NCBI GenBank assembly: GCA_963716255.1
Contig: OY970303.1
Span: forward strand, 6,304,001 to 6,368,000
Length of the DNA stretch: 64,000 nt
Source of the DNA: an uncultured Gemmatimonadales bacterium
Lineage (GTDB): Bacteria > Gemmatimonadota > Gemmatimonadetes > Longimicrobiales > Longimicrobiaceae
Direction of reading: 5' to 3'
Position 1 is the first letter of the stretch; every line of letters starts with the position of its first letter. Shown here one piece after another: positions 19,001 through 27,628 of this stretch. A program made the position numbers and the translations under genes. The notes under the pieces were generated by a model. The model worked only from the letters and a program-made list of their open reading frames with translations, searched no databases and had not been told where the DNA came from.

Positions 19001-20075
19001 CGTGGCGAGCGGCGACGCCGAGGAGTACGTGTCCGCCGCGCGGGTGGCCAAGTGGCGCGCCATCGGCGCGCAGCTGGACGCCTACGAGGCGAAGACGCCG
19101 GGCAACTCGCTGGCGGCGCTGGAGCAGTTCGTCCGCGAGGAGATGAACGCGGTGGAGGTGGGCGGCTGCACGGCGGCGGGGCGGGGGCGGGGGGACGACT
19201 TCTTCCTGGCCGCGCGCGAGCGGCTGCGCGCCTCGCTCACGTCGCGCTGCCTGGGGCTGGCGCGCTCGGCGGCGTCCGCCGGCTACGAGCGGCTGCGCGA
19301 GCAGTTCCAGCGCACCCTGGCCGGGCGCTTCCCCTTCGCCGTACGCGACGACGGTGAGGCGGGGGAGGCCGGGCCGGAGGCGGTGCGCGAGTTCTTCCGG
19401 GTGTGGGACGAGACCGGCCCGGCGCGGCGGGCGGTGGCGGTGGGGGCCAGCGGCGTGGGGGGCGAGGGCTCCCCGGCGGCGGAGTGGCTGGCGCAGATGG
19501 AGCGGGTGCGCGCCTTCGTCGCCCCTCTCCTCGACGACACCCTGGCGGGCCCGCCCTACGCGGTGGCGGCGGAGTTCCGCTCCAACCGCGGCCGCGAGGC
19601 CGGCGCCGACCAGATCACCGCCTGGTCGCTGGACCTGGGCGGCTTCCGTCTGACGCCGTGGGACTCGGCCGGGAGCGTGGTCCCCTGGGAGCCGGGCGTC
19701 CCCGCGCGCCTGGGGCTGCGCTGGGCCACCGAGTCCGAGCTGCGCCCCTCCGCCGCGGGGCTGCGCGGCGCCCGCGTGCAGGACCGCACCGTGACCTGGG
19801 CGTACGGCGGCGAGTGGTCGCTGCTGCGCCTCCTCCGCCAGAACGCCGCGCCGCCGGCCGAGCTGGGCGGCTCCGCCGGCCGCGCCCGCCAGACGCTGCG
19901 CTTCCAGGTGGCGACGCTGCGCGGCGCCCCGGGCGACACCCTCGCCGGCCCGGCCGCCCGCGTGTACGTGCGCCTGCGCCTCCTGCACCCCGACACCCGC
20001 GAGGAACTGGCCGTGCCCGCCTTCCCCACCTCCGCTCCGTTCATGCGCGCTTCGCGCGCCGCGAGGAGCGACTGA
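16017..20075 (+). CDS. tssM: T6SS TssM/IcmF
   Basis: PWVMVLGEADSGKS, RPLDGVVLVV, FPVWVLVTQCDRVPGF, FFRGLYFTG, GRFPF, GEWSLLRLL. Confidence 0.9.
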   Translation: MTSVARFLAGLAPALPAVLVAAALVIVLLLGWVVLTLRRSRSGGPAPAASAGGEGGGVSSLLHLRRSFTQGVKTLGEYVPGRDFRYRVPWVMVLGEADSGKSAAVDAIGLDRPFAVPVDPSGPEAGVRWAFFNEGALLDVPGDLLLRAGGGSDEAGWKVLLRLLQEHRTERPLDGVVLVVPAGDLVGPGRLGREALVAKAEAAFGKLWEAQKTLGMRFPVWVLVTQCDRVPGFRGVCARLPAPLRDEVFGWSSPYPVDAAFAPEWVDEAFGAVHAGLYETQVELLSGGEGGGDADAVFRFPAELRQAAAPLRTYLAEVFQKSVYHESFFFRGLYFTGDENADAPDPFAEAAEGAVPAAAAAAGPRHPVFLRDLFGAKVFPEGGLARPLPQTLRTRGRAVRWAQAAMLAIGVVGGAGLYFAHGRLHAHSTELHRTMVAIESRLQAVHEKQEHGAAAGQGRRVAWERMGVSQLVRDMASVQVAPMWSLAMPTSWFSGIRGDVGNAMTAAFSKVVLPATRDALVQKADSLLPADGVVASAVIGAEGSGSDELYRYVGALRDLNVNVRRYNALSAHDSAGVEDMSLLVGYAFNTEAPAMTPGRHRFYRRALSAATARPLNGPGRNQRALARSDTLVRRAYDDLIARLNRLGERSRAVAQARFASSDGLDGFRVLNEDITGVQGFFADDESYWLDDGAALGPSLRAVLDSIPETPFLSGREFRDGFAERFQEARAQKLMGLEEEIRSYGEGLVSLAPAYEGGDTSAAPRGALVLRDALRVLQRQSFYGTDPAVSLRAASPPGAYVTWDPAYLDRALSYHADYDRFVQTALKDLPVGSQQFVRGLATVQLEARMARSIAQGVAAAPIGQAFGDRGAARELRDRIGASRAAAERVVRILTVFKALGMEERYRELAGTLLAQDDTFLREADLMLERSGLYAPRGGDFEWWNGSRPVAPAAFAATDAQGVDDYLAAQRARLRQLLDSFAAPVLSDLEAPALRDFVASGDAEEYVSAARVAKWRAIGAQLDAYEAKTPGNSLAALEQFVREEMNAVEVGGCTAAGRGRGDDFFLAARERLRASLTSRCLGLARSAASAGYERLREQFQRTLAGRFPFAVRDDGEAGEAGPEAVREFFRVWDETGPARRAVAVGASGVGGEGSPAAEWLAQMERVRAFVAPLLDDTLAGPPYAVAAEFRSNRGREAGADQITAWSLDLGGFRLTPWDSAGSVVPWEPGVPARLGLRWATESELRPSAAGLRGARVQDRTVTWAYGGEWSLLRLLRQNAAPPAELGGSAGRARQTLRFQVATLRGAPGDTLAGPAARVYVRLRLLHPDTREELAVPAFPTSAPFMRASRAARSD

Positions 20076-21223
20076 TGGCCGCCGAGCGGCCCTTCGCGGT
20101 GGACGTGGGGCGCTTCCTCGCCCCGGTCCCCGGCCCCGACCCCGGCGGCGACCTGCTCCGCTACGAGGGGACCTACGACCGCATCCGGGACGCACGGCGG
20201 CAGGACGACCGCAGCGTTCCCCAGGGGATCTGGCAGCGCGACCTGAAGCAGGCCGACTGGAGCCGGGTGGAAGCGCTGTGCGCGGAAGTGCTGGAGACGC
20301 GCTCCAAGGACCTCCAGGTGGCCGCCTGGCTGCTGGAGGCGTGGATGCACCTGCACGGCTTCGCCGGGGTGCGCGAGGGACTGGCCGTGATCCACGCCCT
20401 GGCGCGGACCTTCTGGGACGCGCTTCACCCCCGCCTGGACGACGACCCGGAGGCGCGCGGGCCGGTCTTCGACTGGATCAACGAGCGGCTCACGCTCACG
20501 CTCGCCGGGATCAAGCTGACCCGCCCGGAGGCCGCGGACGCGCTCCCCTATTCGTGGTTCGAGTGGCAGGAGGCGCTGCGCACGGAGAACCAGGCCCGCA
20601 GGGAGGGCGGCGGGCAGCCCAGGAAGCCGGACCCGCGCAAGGCCGCGGAGAACACCGAGCCGGCGCTGACCCGCGGGCGCGTGAGCGCCAGCGTCACGCT
20701 GACGCCGCGCCGCTTCTACGAGGGCGTGTCCCGCGACCTGCGCGAAGCCATCGAGACCGCGCATGCCCTGCAGTCGCTGCTGGACGAGCGGCTGGGGCGC
20801 GGCGGGCCCAGCCTGGTGCGCTTCACCGGGACGCTCACCGCGATCCACGACTGGGTCAAGCTGGTCCTGGAAGACAAGCCGGTCCCCGAAGAAGAACAGG
20901 AGCCCGAAGCGGCGCCCGCCCCGCGGGCGCCCTCGCCGGAAAACCAGGAGGCGCCCGTGAAGATCGAGGTCGAGGGAGAGGGGCCGGTCCGCCGGACGCG
21001 CACCATCTCCAGCCGCGACGAAGCGTACCGGATGCTCTCGGAGGTGTCCGAATACCTCATCCGAACCGAGCCCCACAGCCCCACCCCATTCCTCCTGCAG
21101 CGCGCCGTCGCCTGGGGGGGGATGTCGCTCTCGGACCTCCTCGTGGAGTTCCTGAGGGACGGGTACGACCTGAAGACGCTGCGCGTCTTCCTCGGCATGG
21201 TCGAGCCCGGCAATACCCGCTGA
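20075..21223 (+). CDS. tssA: T6SS TssA (ImpA_N, short type)
   Basis: P.PG..P.G..LRY, ADW, SKDLQVAAWL, FWDALHP; C-terminal SRDEAY..L..V..Y....EPHSP. Confidence 0.9.
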   Translation: MAAERPFAVDVGRFLAPVPGPDPGGDLLRYEGTYDRIRDARRQDDRSVPQGIWQRDLKQADWSRVEALCAEVLETRSKDLQVAAWLLEAWMHLHGFAGVREGLAVIHALARTFWDALHPRLDDDPEARGPVFDWINERLTLTLAGIKLTRPEAADALPYSWFEWQEALRTENQARREGGGQPRKPDPRKAAENTEPALTRGRVSASVTLTPRRFYEGVSRDLREAIETAHALQSLLDERLGRGGPSLVRFTGTLTAIHDWVKLVLEDKPVPEEEQEPEAAPAPRAPSPENQEAPVKIEVEGEGPVRRTRTISSRDEAYRMLSEVSEYLIRTEPHSPTPFLLQRAVAWGGMSLSDLLVEFLRDGYDLKTLRVFLGMVEPGNTR

Positions 21224-21316
21224 GCGGCGCGCGCCGCCCGGCACCCACGGTCCCCACCACCCTCCTCGGTCCCGAGGGGGTGAGCCTTTCACCACTTCCC
21301 TGAAGGAGTGCCCCCC

Positions 21317-21859
21317 ATGGCCGAGAGCACGCAGCACAAGCTCGACCGGATCCGTCCTCCCCGCGTCCAGATCACCTACGACGTGGAGATCGGCGACGCC
21401 ATCGAGAAGAAGTCGCTCCCGCTGGTCGTCGGCGTCATGGCCGACCTGTCCGGAAAGCCCTCCGAGGCGCCCCCGGTCCTCAAGAAGCGCAAGTTCGTCC
21501 AGATCGACCGCGACAACTTCAACGAGGTGATGAAGGCCGCCGCGCCGCGCCTGGAGCTGGACGTGGACGACCGGCTTTCCGCGGACGGCGGCAGGCTCAA
21601 GGTGGAGATCAGCTACGACCGGATGCTGGAGACCGCCCAGAAGGGCGAGGATGCCCCGGCCGGGCTGGACATGTTCTCCCCCATCCACATCATCCGCCAG
21701 GTGGAGCCGCTCCACAGGCTGCTGGAGGCCCGCAAGCACCTGGACGACCTGCTCACCAAGCTGGACGGCAACGACGACCTCGACCGGCTGCTCCAGGACG
21801 TCCTGAAGAGCACCGAGAAGCTGAAGCAGCTCAGCCCCCCGGCCCCGGACGCGGCCTGA
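21317..21859 (+). CDS. tssB: T6SS sheath small subunit
   Basis: PPRVQITYDVE, LPLVVGVMADLSG, IDRDNFN. Confidence 0.95.
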   Translation: MAESTQHKLDRIRPPRVQITYDVEIGDAIEKKSLPLVVGVMADLSGKPSEAPPVLKKRKFVQIDRDNFNEVMKAAAPRLELDVDDRLSADGGRLKVEISYDRMLETAQKGEDAPAGLDMFSPIHIIRQVEPLHRLLEARKHLDDLLTKLDGNDDLDRLLQDVLKSTEKLKQLSPPAPDAA

Positions 21860-21911
21860 CCGGCCCGCATCCCAGACCTCCCTCGAACGCCCCACAGGAG
21901 CGACCCGAACC

Positions 21912-23417
21912 ATGCCCGACACCAAGAAAGCGGCCGACGGCGGCGCCGCCGTGGCCGATGATCGTCCCCTCCTCGACCTGATCATCGAGGACGGCAAGAT
22001 GGCCCGCCACCCGGACCAGAAGGTCTACGCGCAGAAGCTGGTGGGCGAGCTGGCGACGCAGGCCCTCGCCAGCGAGAAGCTGCAGGTGAAGCCGGACGTG
22101 ACCGAGCCGGTGGACCTCACCGCCGCCATCAAGGTCCGCATCGCGGAGCTCGACAAGCAGATCAGCGACCAGCTCAACGCGATCATGCACGCCCCGGAGT
22201 TCCAGAGGCTGGAGGCCACCTGGCGCGGCCTGCACCACCTGGTGATGAACTCCGAGACCGGGACGCAGCTCAAGCTGCGCGTCCTGAACGCCACCAAGAA
22301 GGAGCTGGGGAGCGACCTGGAGAAGGCCGTGGAGTTCGACCAGAGCTCCCTCTTCAAGATGATCTACGAGGAGGAGTACGGCACCTTCGGCGGGCACCCG
22401 TTCGGCCTGCTGATCGGCGACTACGAGTTCGGCCGCCACCCGCAGGACGTGGCGATGCTGGACCGGATGTCCAACGTGGCCGCCGCGGCGCACGCGCCCT
22501 TCATCGCCGCCGCCAGCCCGCTGCTGTTCGACATGGAGTCGTTCACCGAGCTGGGCGTGCCGCGCGACATGGCGAAGATCTTCGAGAGCGCCGAGCTGGC
22601 TTCGTGGCGGTCGTTCCGCGCCAGCGAGGACTCGCGCTACGTGGCGCTGTGCCTCCCGCACATCCTCCTGCGTCTGCCCTACGGCGCCAAGACGCAGCCG
22701 GTGGAGGGCGTCGGCTTCGAGGAGGACGTGAGCGGCAGGGACCACTCCAAGTACCTGTGGGGCAACGCCGCCTGGGCCCTGGGGGTGCGCATCACCACCG
22801 CCTTCGCGCAGCACGCCTGGTGCGCCGCGATCCGCGGGGTGGAGGGCGGCGGGATGGTGGAGAAGCTCCCGGTCCACAACTTCTCCACGGACGACGGCGA
22901 CGTGGCGCTCAAGTGCCCCACGGAGATCGCCATCACCGACCGCCGCGAGAAGGAGCTGAACGACCTGGGCTTCATCGCCCTGTGCCACTGCAAGGGCGAG
23001 GACTACGCGGCGTTCTTCGGCGGGGCCACCACCCAGAAGTTCAAGTCCTACGTGGACGACAAGGCCAACGCCAACGCCCGCCTGTCGGCGCAGCTCCCGT
23101 ACGTGCTGGCCGCTTCCCGCTTCGCGCACTTCCTCAAGGTGATCATGCGCGACAAGGTGGGGAGCTTCCAGAGCCGCTCCTCGGTGGAGCAGTTCCTCAA
23201 CAAGTGGATCGCGCAGTACGTGCTGCTCAACGACGACGCGCCGCAGGCGGCGAAGGCGAAGTTCCCGCTGCGCGAGGCCCGCGTGGACGTGACCGAGGTC
23301 CCGGGCAAGCCGGGCAGCTACAACGCCACCGTCTTCCTGCGCCCGCACTTCCAGCTCGAGGAGCTGACGGCCTCCATCCGCCTGGTGGCGGAGCTGCCGC
23401 CCCCGGCGGCCGCGTAG
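21912..23417 (+). CDS. tssC: T6SS sheath large subunit
   Basis: FQRLEATWRGL, YEEEYGTFGG.P, YLWGNAA, KCPTE, SRFAHFLKV..RDKVG, LRPHFQLE. Confidence 0.95.
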   Translation: MPDTKKAADGGAAVADDRPLLDLIIEDGKMARHPDQKVYAQKLVGELATQALASEKLQVKPDVTEPVDLTAAIKVRIAELDKQISDQLNAIMHAPEFQRLEATWRGLHHLVMNSETGTQLKLRVLNATKKELGSDLEKAVEFDQSSLFKMIYEEEYGTFGGHPFGLLIGDYEFGRHPQDVAMLDRMSNVAAAAHAPFIAAASPLLFDMESFTELGVPRDMAKIFESAELASWRSFRASEDSRYVALCLPHILLRLPYGAKTQPVEGVGFEEDVSGRDHSKYLWGNAAWALGVRITTAFAQHAWCAAIRGVEGGGMVEKLPVHNFSTDDGDVALKCPTEIAITDRREKELNDLGFIALCHCKGEDYAAFFGGATTQKFKSYVDDKANANARLSAQLPYVLAASRFAHFLKVIMRDKVGSFQSRSSVEQFLNKWIAQYVLLNDDAPQAAKAKFPLREARVDVTEVPGKPGSYNATVFLRPHFQLEELTASIRLVAELPPPAAA

Positions 23418-23514
23418 GCACGACCCGACCGTTCCGGCGCCGGGGGAGGGGCGCGAGCCTCCTCCCCCGCTCCGGACCTCCTGAACACCGCGACACCCAA
23501 ACGAAGAGGCAACG

Positions 23515-24006
23515 ATGGCGGACGTAATCATGCTGAGCATCACCGACGTGCCCGGGACCAGCCAGATCACCGGCTACGAGGAGCAGATCGAGGTGCTCTC
23601 GTACTCGCACGGCGTCTCGCAGCAGGTGACGGGCGACGTGACCTACACGGAGCGCACCTCGGGGCGCCCCATGCACCAGGACTTCCACATCACCAAGTAC
23701 CTGGACAAGGCGACCCCGCTGCTCAACCAGAAGTGCTGCGAGGCCACCAACCTGGGCCAGGTGATCATGACGGTGGGCCGCAACGACGCCGGCGCCGTGA
23801 TCCCGCTCATCATCTACACCATGGAGGCGGTGATCATCTCCTCGGTGTCGGTGGGCGGCGGCGGCGGCGACAAGCCGGTGGAGAGCCTTTCGCTGAACTA
23901 CGCGGCCATCAAGTGGGACTACACGGCGCAGGCGGAGGAGAGCGGCGAGGCCGGCACCGTTTCCGGCGGGTGGGACGTTTCGGCCAACGCGCTGCCGGCT
24001 GCCTGA
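23515..24006 (+). CDS. hcp: T6SS tube protein Hcp/TssD
   Basis: IEVLSYSHGVSQ, FHITKYLDKATP.L, PVESLSLNY..IKW.Y, GWD. Confidence 0.9.
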   Translation: MADVIMLSITDVPGTSQITGYEEQIEVLSYSHGVSQQVTGDVTYTERTSGRPMHQDFHITKYLDKATPLLNQKCCEATNLGQVIMTVGRNDAGAVIPLIIYTMEAVIISSVSVGGGGGDKPVESLSLNYAAIKWDYTAQAEESGEAGTVSGGWDVSANALPAA

Positions 24007-24014
24007 CGCGGCAC

Positions 24015-24485
24015 GTGCGCCAACCGAAGCACACGCGGGGCGCGAGGGCGCCGCTCTTCGACCGGCTGGTGGATCTCGATCCCCTGTCGAAAACGGAGGC
24101 GGAGCCCCTTCGCGTCCTGGACCGGGACGACCTCCTGGCGTCGGTGCGCCGGGAGGTCGGCCGGCTCCTGAACACCCGCTGCACGCTCACCCTGGAGGAG
24201 ATGGAGGGGCGGGAGCGGACCGTTCTGGAGTACGGCCTCCCCGACTTCTCGCACCTGCACACCCGCGACCCGCGCGCGCACGAGGCGCTCGCGGAGCGCA
24301 TTCGCGAGACGGTGGCGGCCTACGAGCCGCGGCTCCGCCAGGTGCGGATCGCCGTGGAGCCGCTGCGCAACAGCCAGCGCGAGCTGCTGGTGCGCGTGGA
24401 CGCCCTTCTGGTGATCGGCGACGTGACGGAAGCGGTGAGCTTCCCCGTCGCCATCGAGGACGCCTTCGCGGGAGGCGCGTCGTGA
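24015..24485 (+). CDS. tssE: T6SS baseplate TssE
   Basis: PLFDRL.D, LLNTR, YGLPD, YEPRL. Confidence 0.9.
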   Translation: MRQPKHTRGARAPLFDRLVDLDPLSKTEAEPLRVLDRDDLLASVRREVGRLLNTRCTLTLEEMEGRERTVLEYGLPDFSHLHTRDPRAHEALAERIRETVAAYEPRLRQVRIAVEPLRNSQRELLVRVDALLVIGDVTEAVSFPVAIEDAFAGGAS

Positions 24486-24539
24486 GCCGCCTCGCGAAGC
24501 GAGCGGCGCAGCGATCCCCCGGGCCCACGCGCCGAACCC

Positions 24540-24669
24540 GCGTGAGGGATTTCGGCCCGAAGGGGCGAGACTCCACGGCAGTATCGTGGAGGCTCGACTC
24601 CGTTACGCAGCGTTGTTTGCTGCGTTACGGAGCCGAAGCCCGACCCCGGCGCCAGCCGGGGGCACGCCC
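24540..24669 (+). repeat. Structured repeat family A, copy 4 (between tssE and tssF)
   Basis: Same scaffold; stems ctccacg/cgtggag and acgcagc/gctgcgt. Confidence 0.95.
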
Positions 24670-24705
24670 GAGCCCTGCTTTTCTTTCTCCAGACCGAGAC
24701 CCGGA

Positions 24706-26517
24706 ATGACCCGCCGCGCACAGGAGGAGCTGCTGGACCTGTACCAGGCGGAGCTGAGCTACCTCCGCCAGTCGGGATCGGCGTTCGCGGAGATGTACCC
24801 CAAGGTGGCGGGACGGCTGGAGCTGGGCGGGGACGAGAGCCCCGACCCGCACGTGGAGCGGCTGATCGAGGCGTTCGCCTTCCTCACCGCCCGCATCCAG
24901 CACAACCTGAACGAGGAGTTCCCGGAGATCACGTCGTCGCTCCTGGACGTCCTCTACCCCCACTACCTGTGCCCCGTCCCCTCCACCACGGTGGCGCGGA
25001 TGGAGGTGGACCCCGCCCAGGGGAAGCTGACGACGGGGCACCTGGTCCCCCGCCACACGCCGCTCTTCGCGCAGACGCGCGACGGGCTGCACTGCCGCTT
25101 CCGCACCTGCTACCCGGTGACGCTGTGGCCGGTGGAGGTGGCGTACGCGGGCTTCGAGAGCGTGGACCGCTACGACTTCCTGGACGGGATGCCGGGGGTG
25201 GCCACGGTGCTGCGCATTCGCGTGGAGTCGCTGGGCGGCTCGCTGCGCGAGCTGGACCTGCGGCGCCTGCGCTTCTACCTGGACGGGGAGATGCGCACCG
25301 CGTCGGTGCTGTACGAGCTGCTCTTCGCGCACGCGACGCGCGTGGCGATCCTCCCCGAGGGCGCGGACCGCGCGGTGTTCCTCCCGCAGCCGTCGCTCCT
25401 CCCGGTGGGGCTGGGCGCGGACGAGGAGGTGCTCCCGTATCCGCCGCACTCGCACCCGGGGTACCGGCTCCTCCAGGAGTACTTCACGGCGCCGCGCAAA
25501 TTCCTCTTCTTCGACGCGGACCACCTGGACGCGCACCGCTCGGAGCGGCACTTCGACCTGCTGGTGCTGCTGGACCGGCTCCCCCCGGACCGACTGGCGG
25601 TGGACCGGCGCAACTTCGTGCTGGGGTGCACGCCGGTGGTGAACCTGTTCCGCCGCACCACGGAGCCCATCCGCCTGCACCACCGCGCCTCCGAGTACCG
25701 CCTGGTCCCCGACGTGCGCCGCGAGCGCACCACCGAGGTCCACTCGATCCAGCGCGTCTCGGCGGTCTCGGACCGGCACGACGAGACGCAGGTGATCGAG
25801 CCGTTCTACTCGTTCTCGCACGGGGACCGGGGGCGCGGGCCGCGGGCCTTCTGGACGGCGCGGCGCCGCCCCACCGGGCGCAAGGACGTGCCGGGGACGG
25901 AGATGTGGCTGTCGTTCCTGGACCTGGACTTCAGGCCGGCGGAGCCGGGCACGCAGACGGTGTACGCCCACACGCTGTGCACCAACCGGCGGCTGGCGGA
26001 GCAGCTCCCGGACGGCGCGCTGCTGCAGATCGAGGAGTCGGCGCCGCTGCACCGCATCGTGGCGCTGCACGCGCCCACGCGGCAGCTGGACCCGGCGCTG
26101 GGCGGGGCGGCCCAGTGGCGGCTGATCTCGCACCTGTCGCTCAACCACCTGTCGCTGGAGGGCGGGCGCGACGGGCTCAAGGCGCTGCGCGAGATCCTGC
26201 GCCTGTACGCGGCCTTCGGGCAGCCGTCCATCCACGAGCAGATCATGGGGATCCGCGACATGGAGTGCCGCCGCGTGGTGCGGCGCGTGGGCGCGGACGC
26301 CTGGCGGGGCTTCTGCCGGGGGACGGAGGTGGCGCTGACCTTCGACGAGGAAGCGTTCGCGGGGACCAGCGCCTTTCTCCTGGCGACGGTGCTCAACCAC
26401 TTTTTCGGGCTGTACGCCTCGGTGAACTCCTTCACCCAGACAGTGGCCCGCAGCCGGCAGCGCGAGGGGACCTGGAAGCGATGGGAGCCGAGGGCGGGGA
26501 AGCAGGTCGTCCTGTAG
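24706..26517 (+). CDS. tssF: T6SS baseplate TssF
   Basis: YQAELSYLR, DPHVERLIEAFAFL.AR, GYRLLQEYF, CTPVVNLF, WRLISHLSLN. Confidence 0.95.
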   Translation: MTRRAQEELLDLYQAELSYLRQSGSAFAEMYPKVAGRLELGGDESPDPHVERLIEAFAFLTARIQHNLNEEFPEITSSLLDVLYPHYLCPVPSTTVARMEVDPAQGKLTTGHLVPRHTPLFAQTRDGLHCRFRTCYPVTLWPVEVAYAGFESVDRYDFLDGMPGVATVLRIRVESLGGSLRELDLRRLRFYLDGEMRTASVLYELLFAHATRVAILPEGADRAVFLPQPSLLPVGLGADEEVLPYPPHSHPGYRLLQEYFTAPRKFLFFDADHLDAHRSERHFDLLVLLDRLPPDRLAVDRRNFVLGCTPVVNLFRRTTEPIRLHHRASEYRLVPDVRRERTTEVHSIQRVSAVSDRHDETQVIEPFYSFSHGDRGRGPRAFWTARRRPTGRKDVPGTEMWLSFLDLDFRPAEPGTQTVYAHTLCTNRRLAEQLPDGALLQIEESAPLHRIVALHAPTRQLDPALGGAAQWRLISHLSLNHLSLEGGRDGLKALREILRLYAAFGQPSIHEQIMGIRDMECRRVVRRVGADAWRGFCRGTEVALTFDEEAFAGTSAFLLATVLNHFFGLYASVNSFTQTVARSRQREGTWKRWEPRAGKQVVL

Positions 26518-27497
26518 CGGAGGACCTGTACGAGGAGGGGTTCCGCTTCGAGTTCCACCAGGCGGTGCGGCTGCTGGAGATCCTCCGGCCGGACGCGGCG
26601 CCGCTGGGGGAGGGGAGCGACGCGTCCGCCGAGGCGGTGCGCTTCCGCTCGCGCGTGGGGCTGGACTTTCCCGCGGCGGACGTGGTGCAGGTGTCCCGCC
26701 CGGACGGCGACGGGGCTCCCGCGGAGATGGCGGTGGCCTTCCTGGGCGCGGCCGGCGGCCTTTCGCCGCTGCCGCGCCCCTTCACCGAGCTGGTGCTGGA
26801 GCGCACGGCGAAGCGCGACACGGCGCTGCGCGACTTCCTGGACATCTTCAACCACCGCCTGGTGTCGCTGATGTACCGGGTGCGCAAGAAGCACCGGGTG
26901 GGGCTGGCGACCGTTTCGCCGGAGGAGACGGGGCTCGCGGAGCACCTTTACGCGTTGATCGGGCTGGGCACGCCGGGGCTGCGCGGCCGGCTGGGGGTGG
27001 ACGACCGCTCGCTGCTGGCGTACGCGGGGCTGCTGGCGCAGCGGCCGCGCTCGGTGGTGGGGCTGGAGCAGATGCTCGCGGACTACTTCGGCGCCGCGGT
27101 GGAGGTGGACCCGCTGCGGGGCCGCTGGCTCGTGCTGGACGAGGAGCAGCGGACGCGGATCGGGCGGGGGGGCGAGAACCACCGGCTTGGAGACGGGGCG
27201 GTGCTGGGGGGGCGCGTGTGGGACCAGCAGGGGGCCTTCGAGCTGCGGGTGGGGCCGCTCTCGCTGGACCGGTTCCGCGACTTCCTCCCCCCGGGGACGG
27301 CGTTCGGCCCGCTCTGCGACCTGACCCGCTTCTACGCGGGGACCGAGCTGGACTTCAGCGTGCGCCTGGTGCTGCGGGCCGCGGAGGTGCCGGCGTCGCG
27401 GCTGGGCGCCGCGGGGGGCACGCGGCTGGGGTGGACGAGCTGGCTGAAGACGCGCCCCGCGGGCGCGGTCGGGCAGGTCCGGCTCGCGCCGCGCTGA
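26481..27497 (+). CDS. tssG: T6SS baseplate TssG
   Basis: FEFHQAVRLLE, FLG..G..SPLP, DFLDIFNHR, LGWTSWL; usual overlap with tssF. Confidence 0.95.
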   Translation: MGAEGGEAGRPVAEDLYEEGFRFEFHQAVRLLEILRPDAAPLGEGSDASAEAVRFRSRVGLDFPAADVVQVSRPDGDGAPAEMAVAFLGAAGGLSPLPRPFTELVLERTAKRDTALRDFLDIFNHRLVSLMYRVRKKHRVGLATVSPEETGLAEHLYALIGLGTPGLRGRLGVDDRSLLAYAGLLAQRPRSVVGLEQMLADYFGAAVEVDPLRGRWLVLDEEQRTRIGRGGENHRLGDGAVLGGRVWDQQGAFELRVGPLSLDRFRDFLPPGTAFGPLCDLTRFYAGTELDFSVRLVLRAAEVPASRLGAAGGTRLGWTSWLKTRPAGAVGQVRLAPR

Positions 27498-27628
27498 CGG
27501 GCCGTGCCGGCTTTCTTTTCCCGCGGGTGGGTTCCCCGCTTTCATTCCTTTCCCGCAACGGACGCGTCGTCGGCCCCGGGCCGCGGCGAGCCGGAGCCGT
27601 CGGAGCCGAACTCGACAGGAGCAGTGAG

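Noticed and set aside
15927..20195. Very long antisense or alternate-frame ORFs (also 29116-34764, 32034-37259, 1501-4215, 6451-9123)
   Set aside because: Shadow ORFs of real high-GC genes; Arg/Gly/Pro-rich with no motifs
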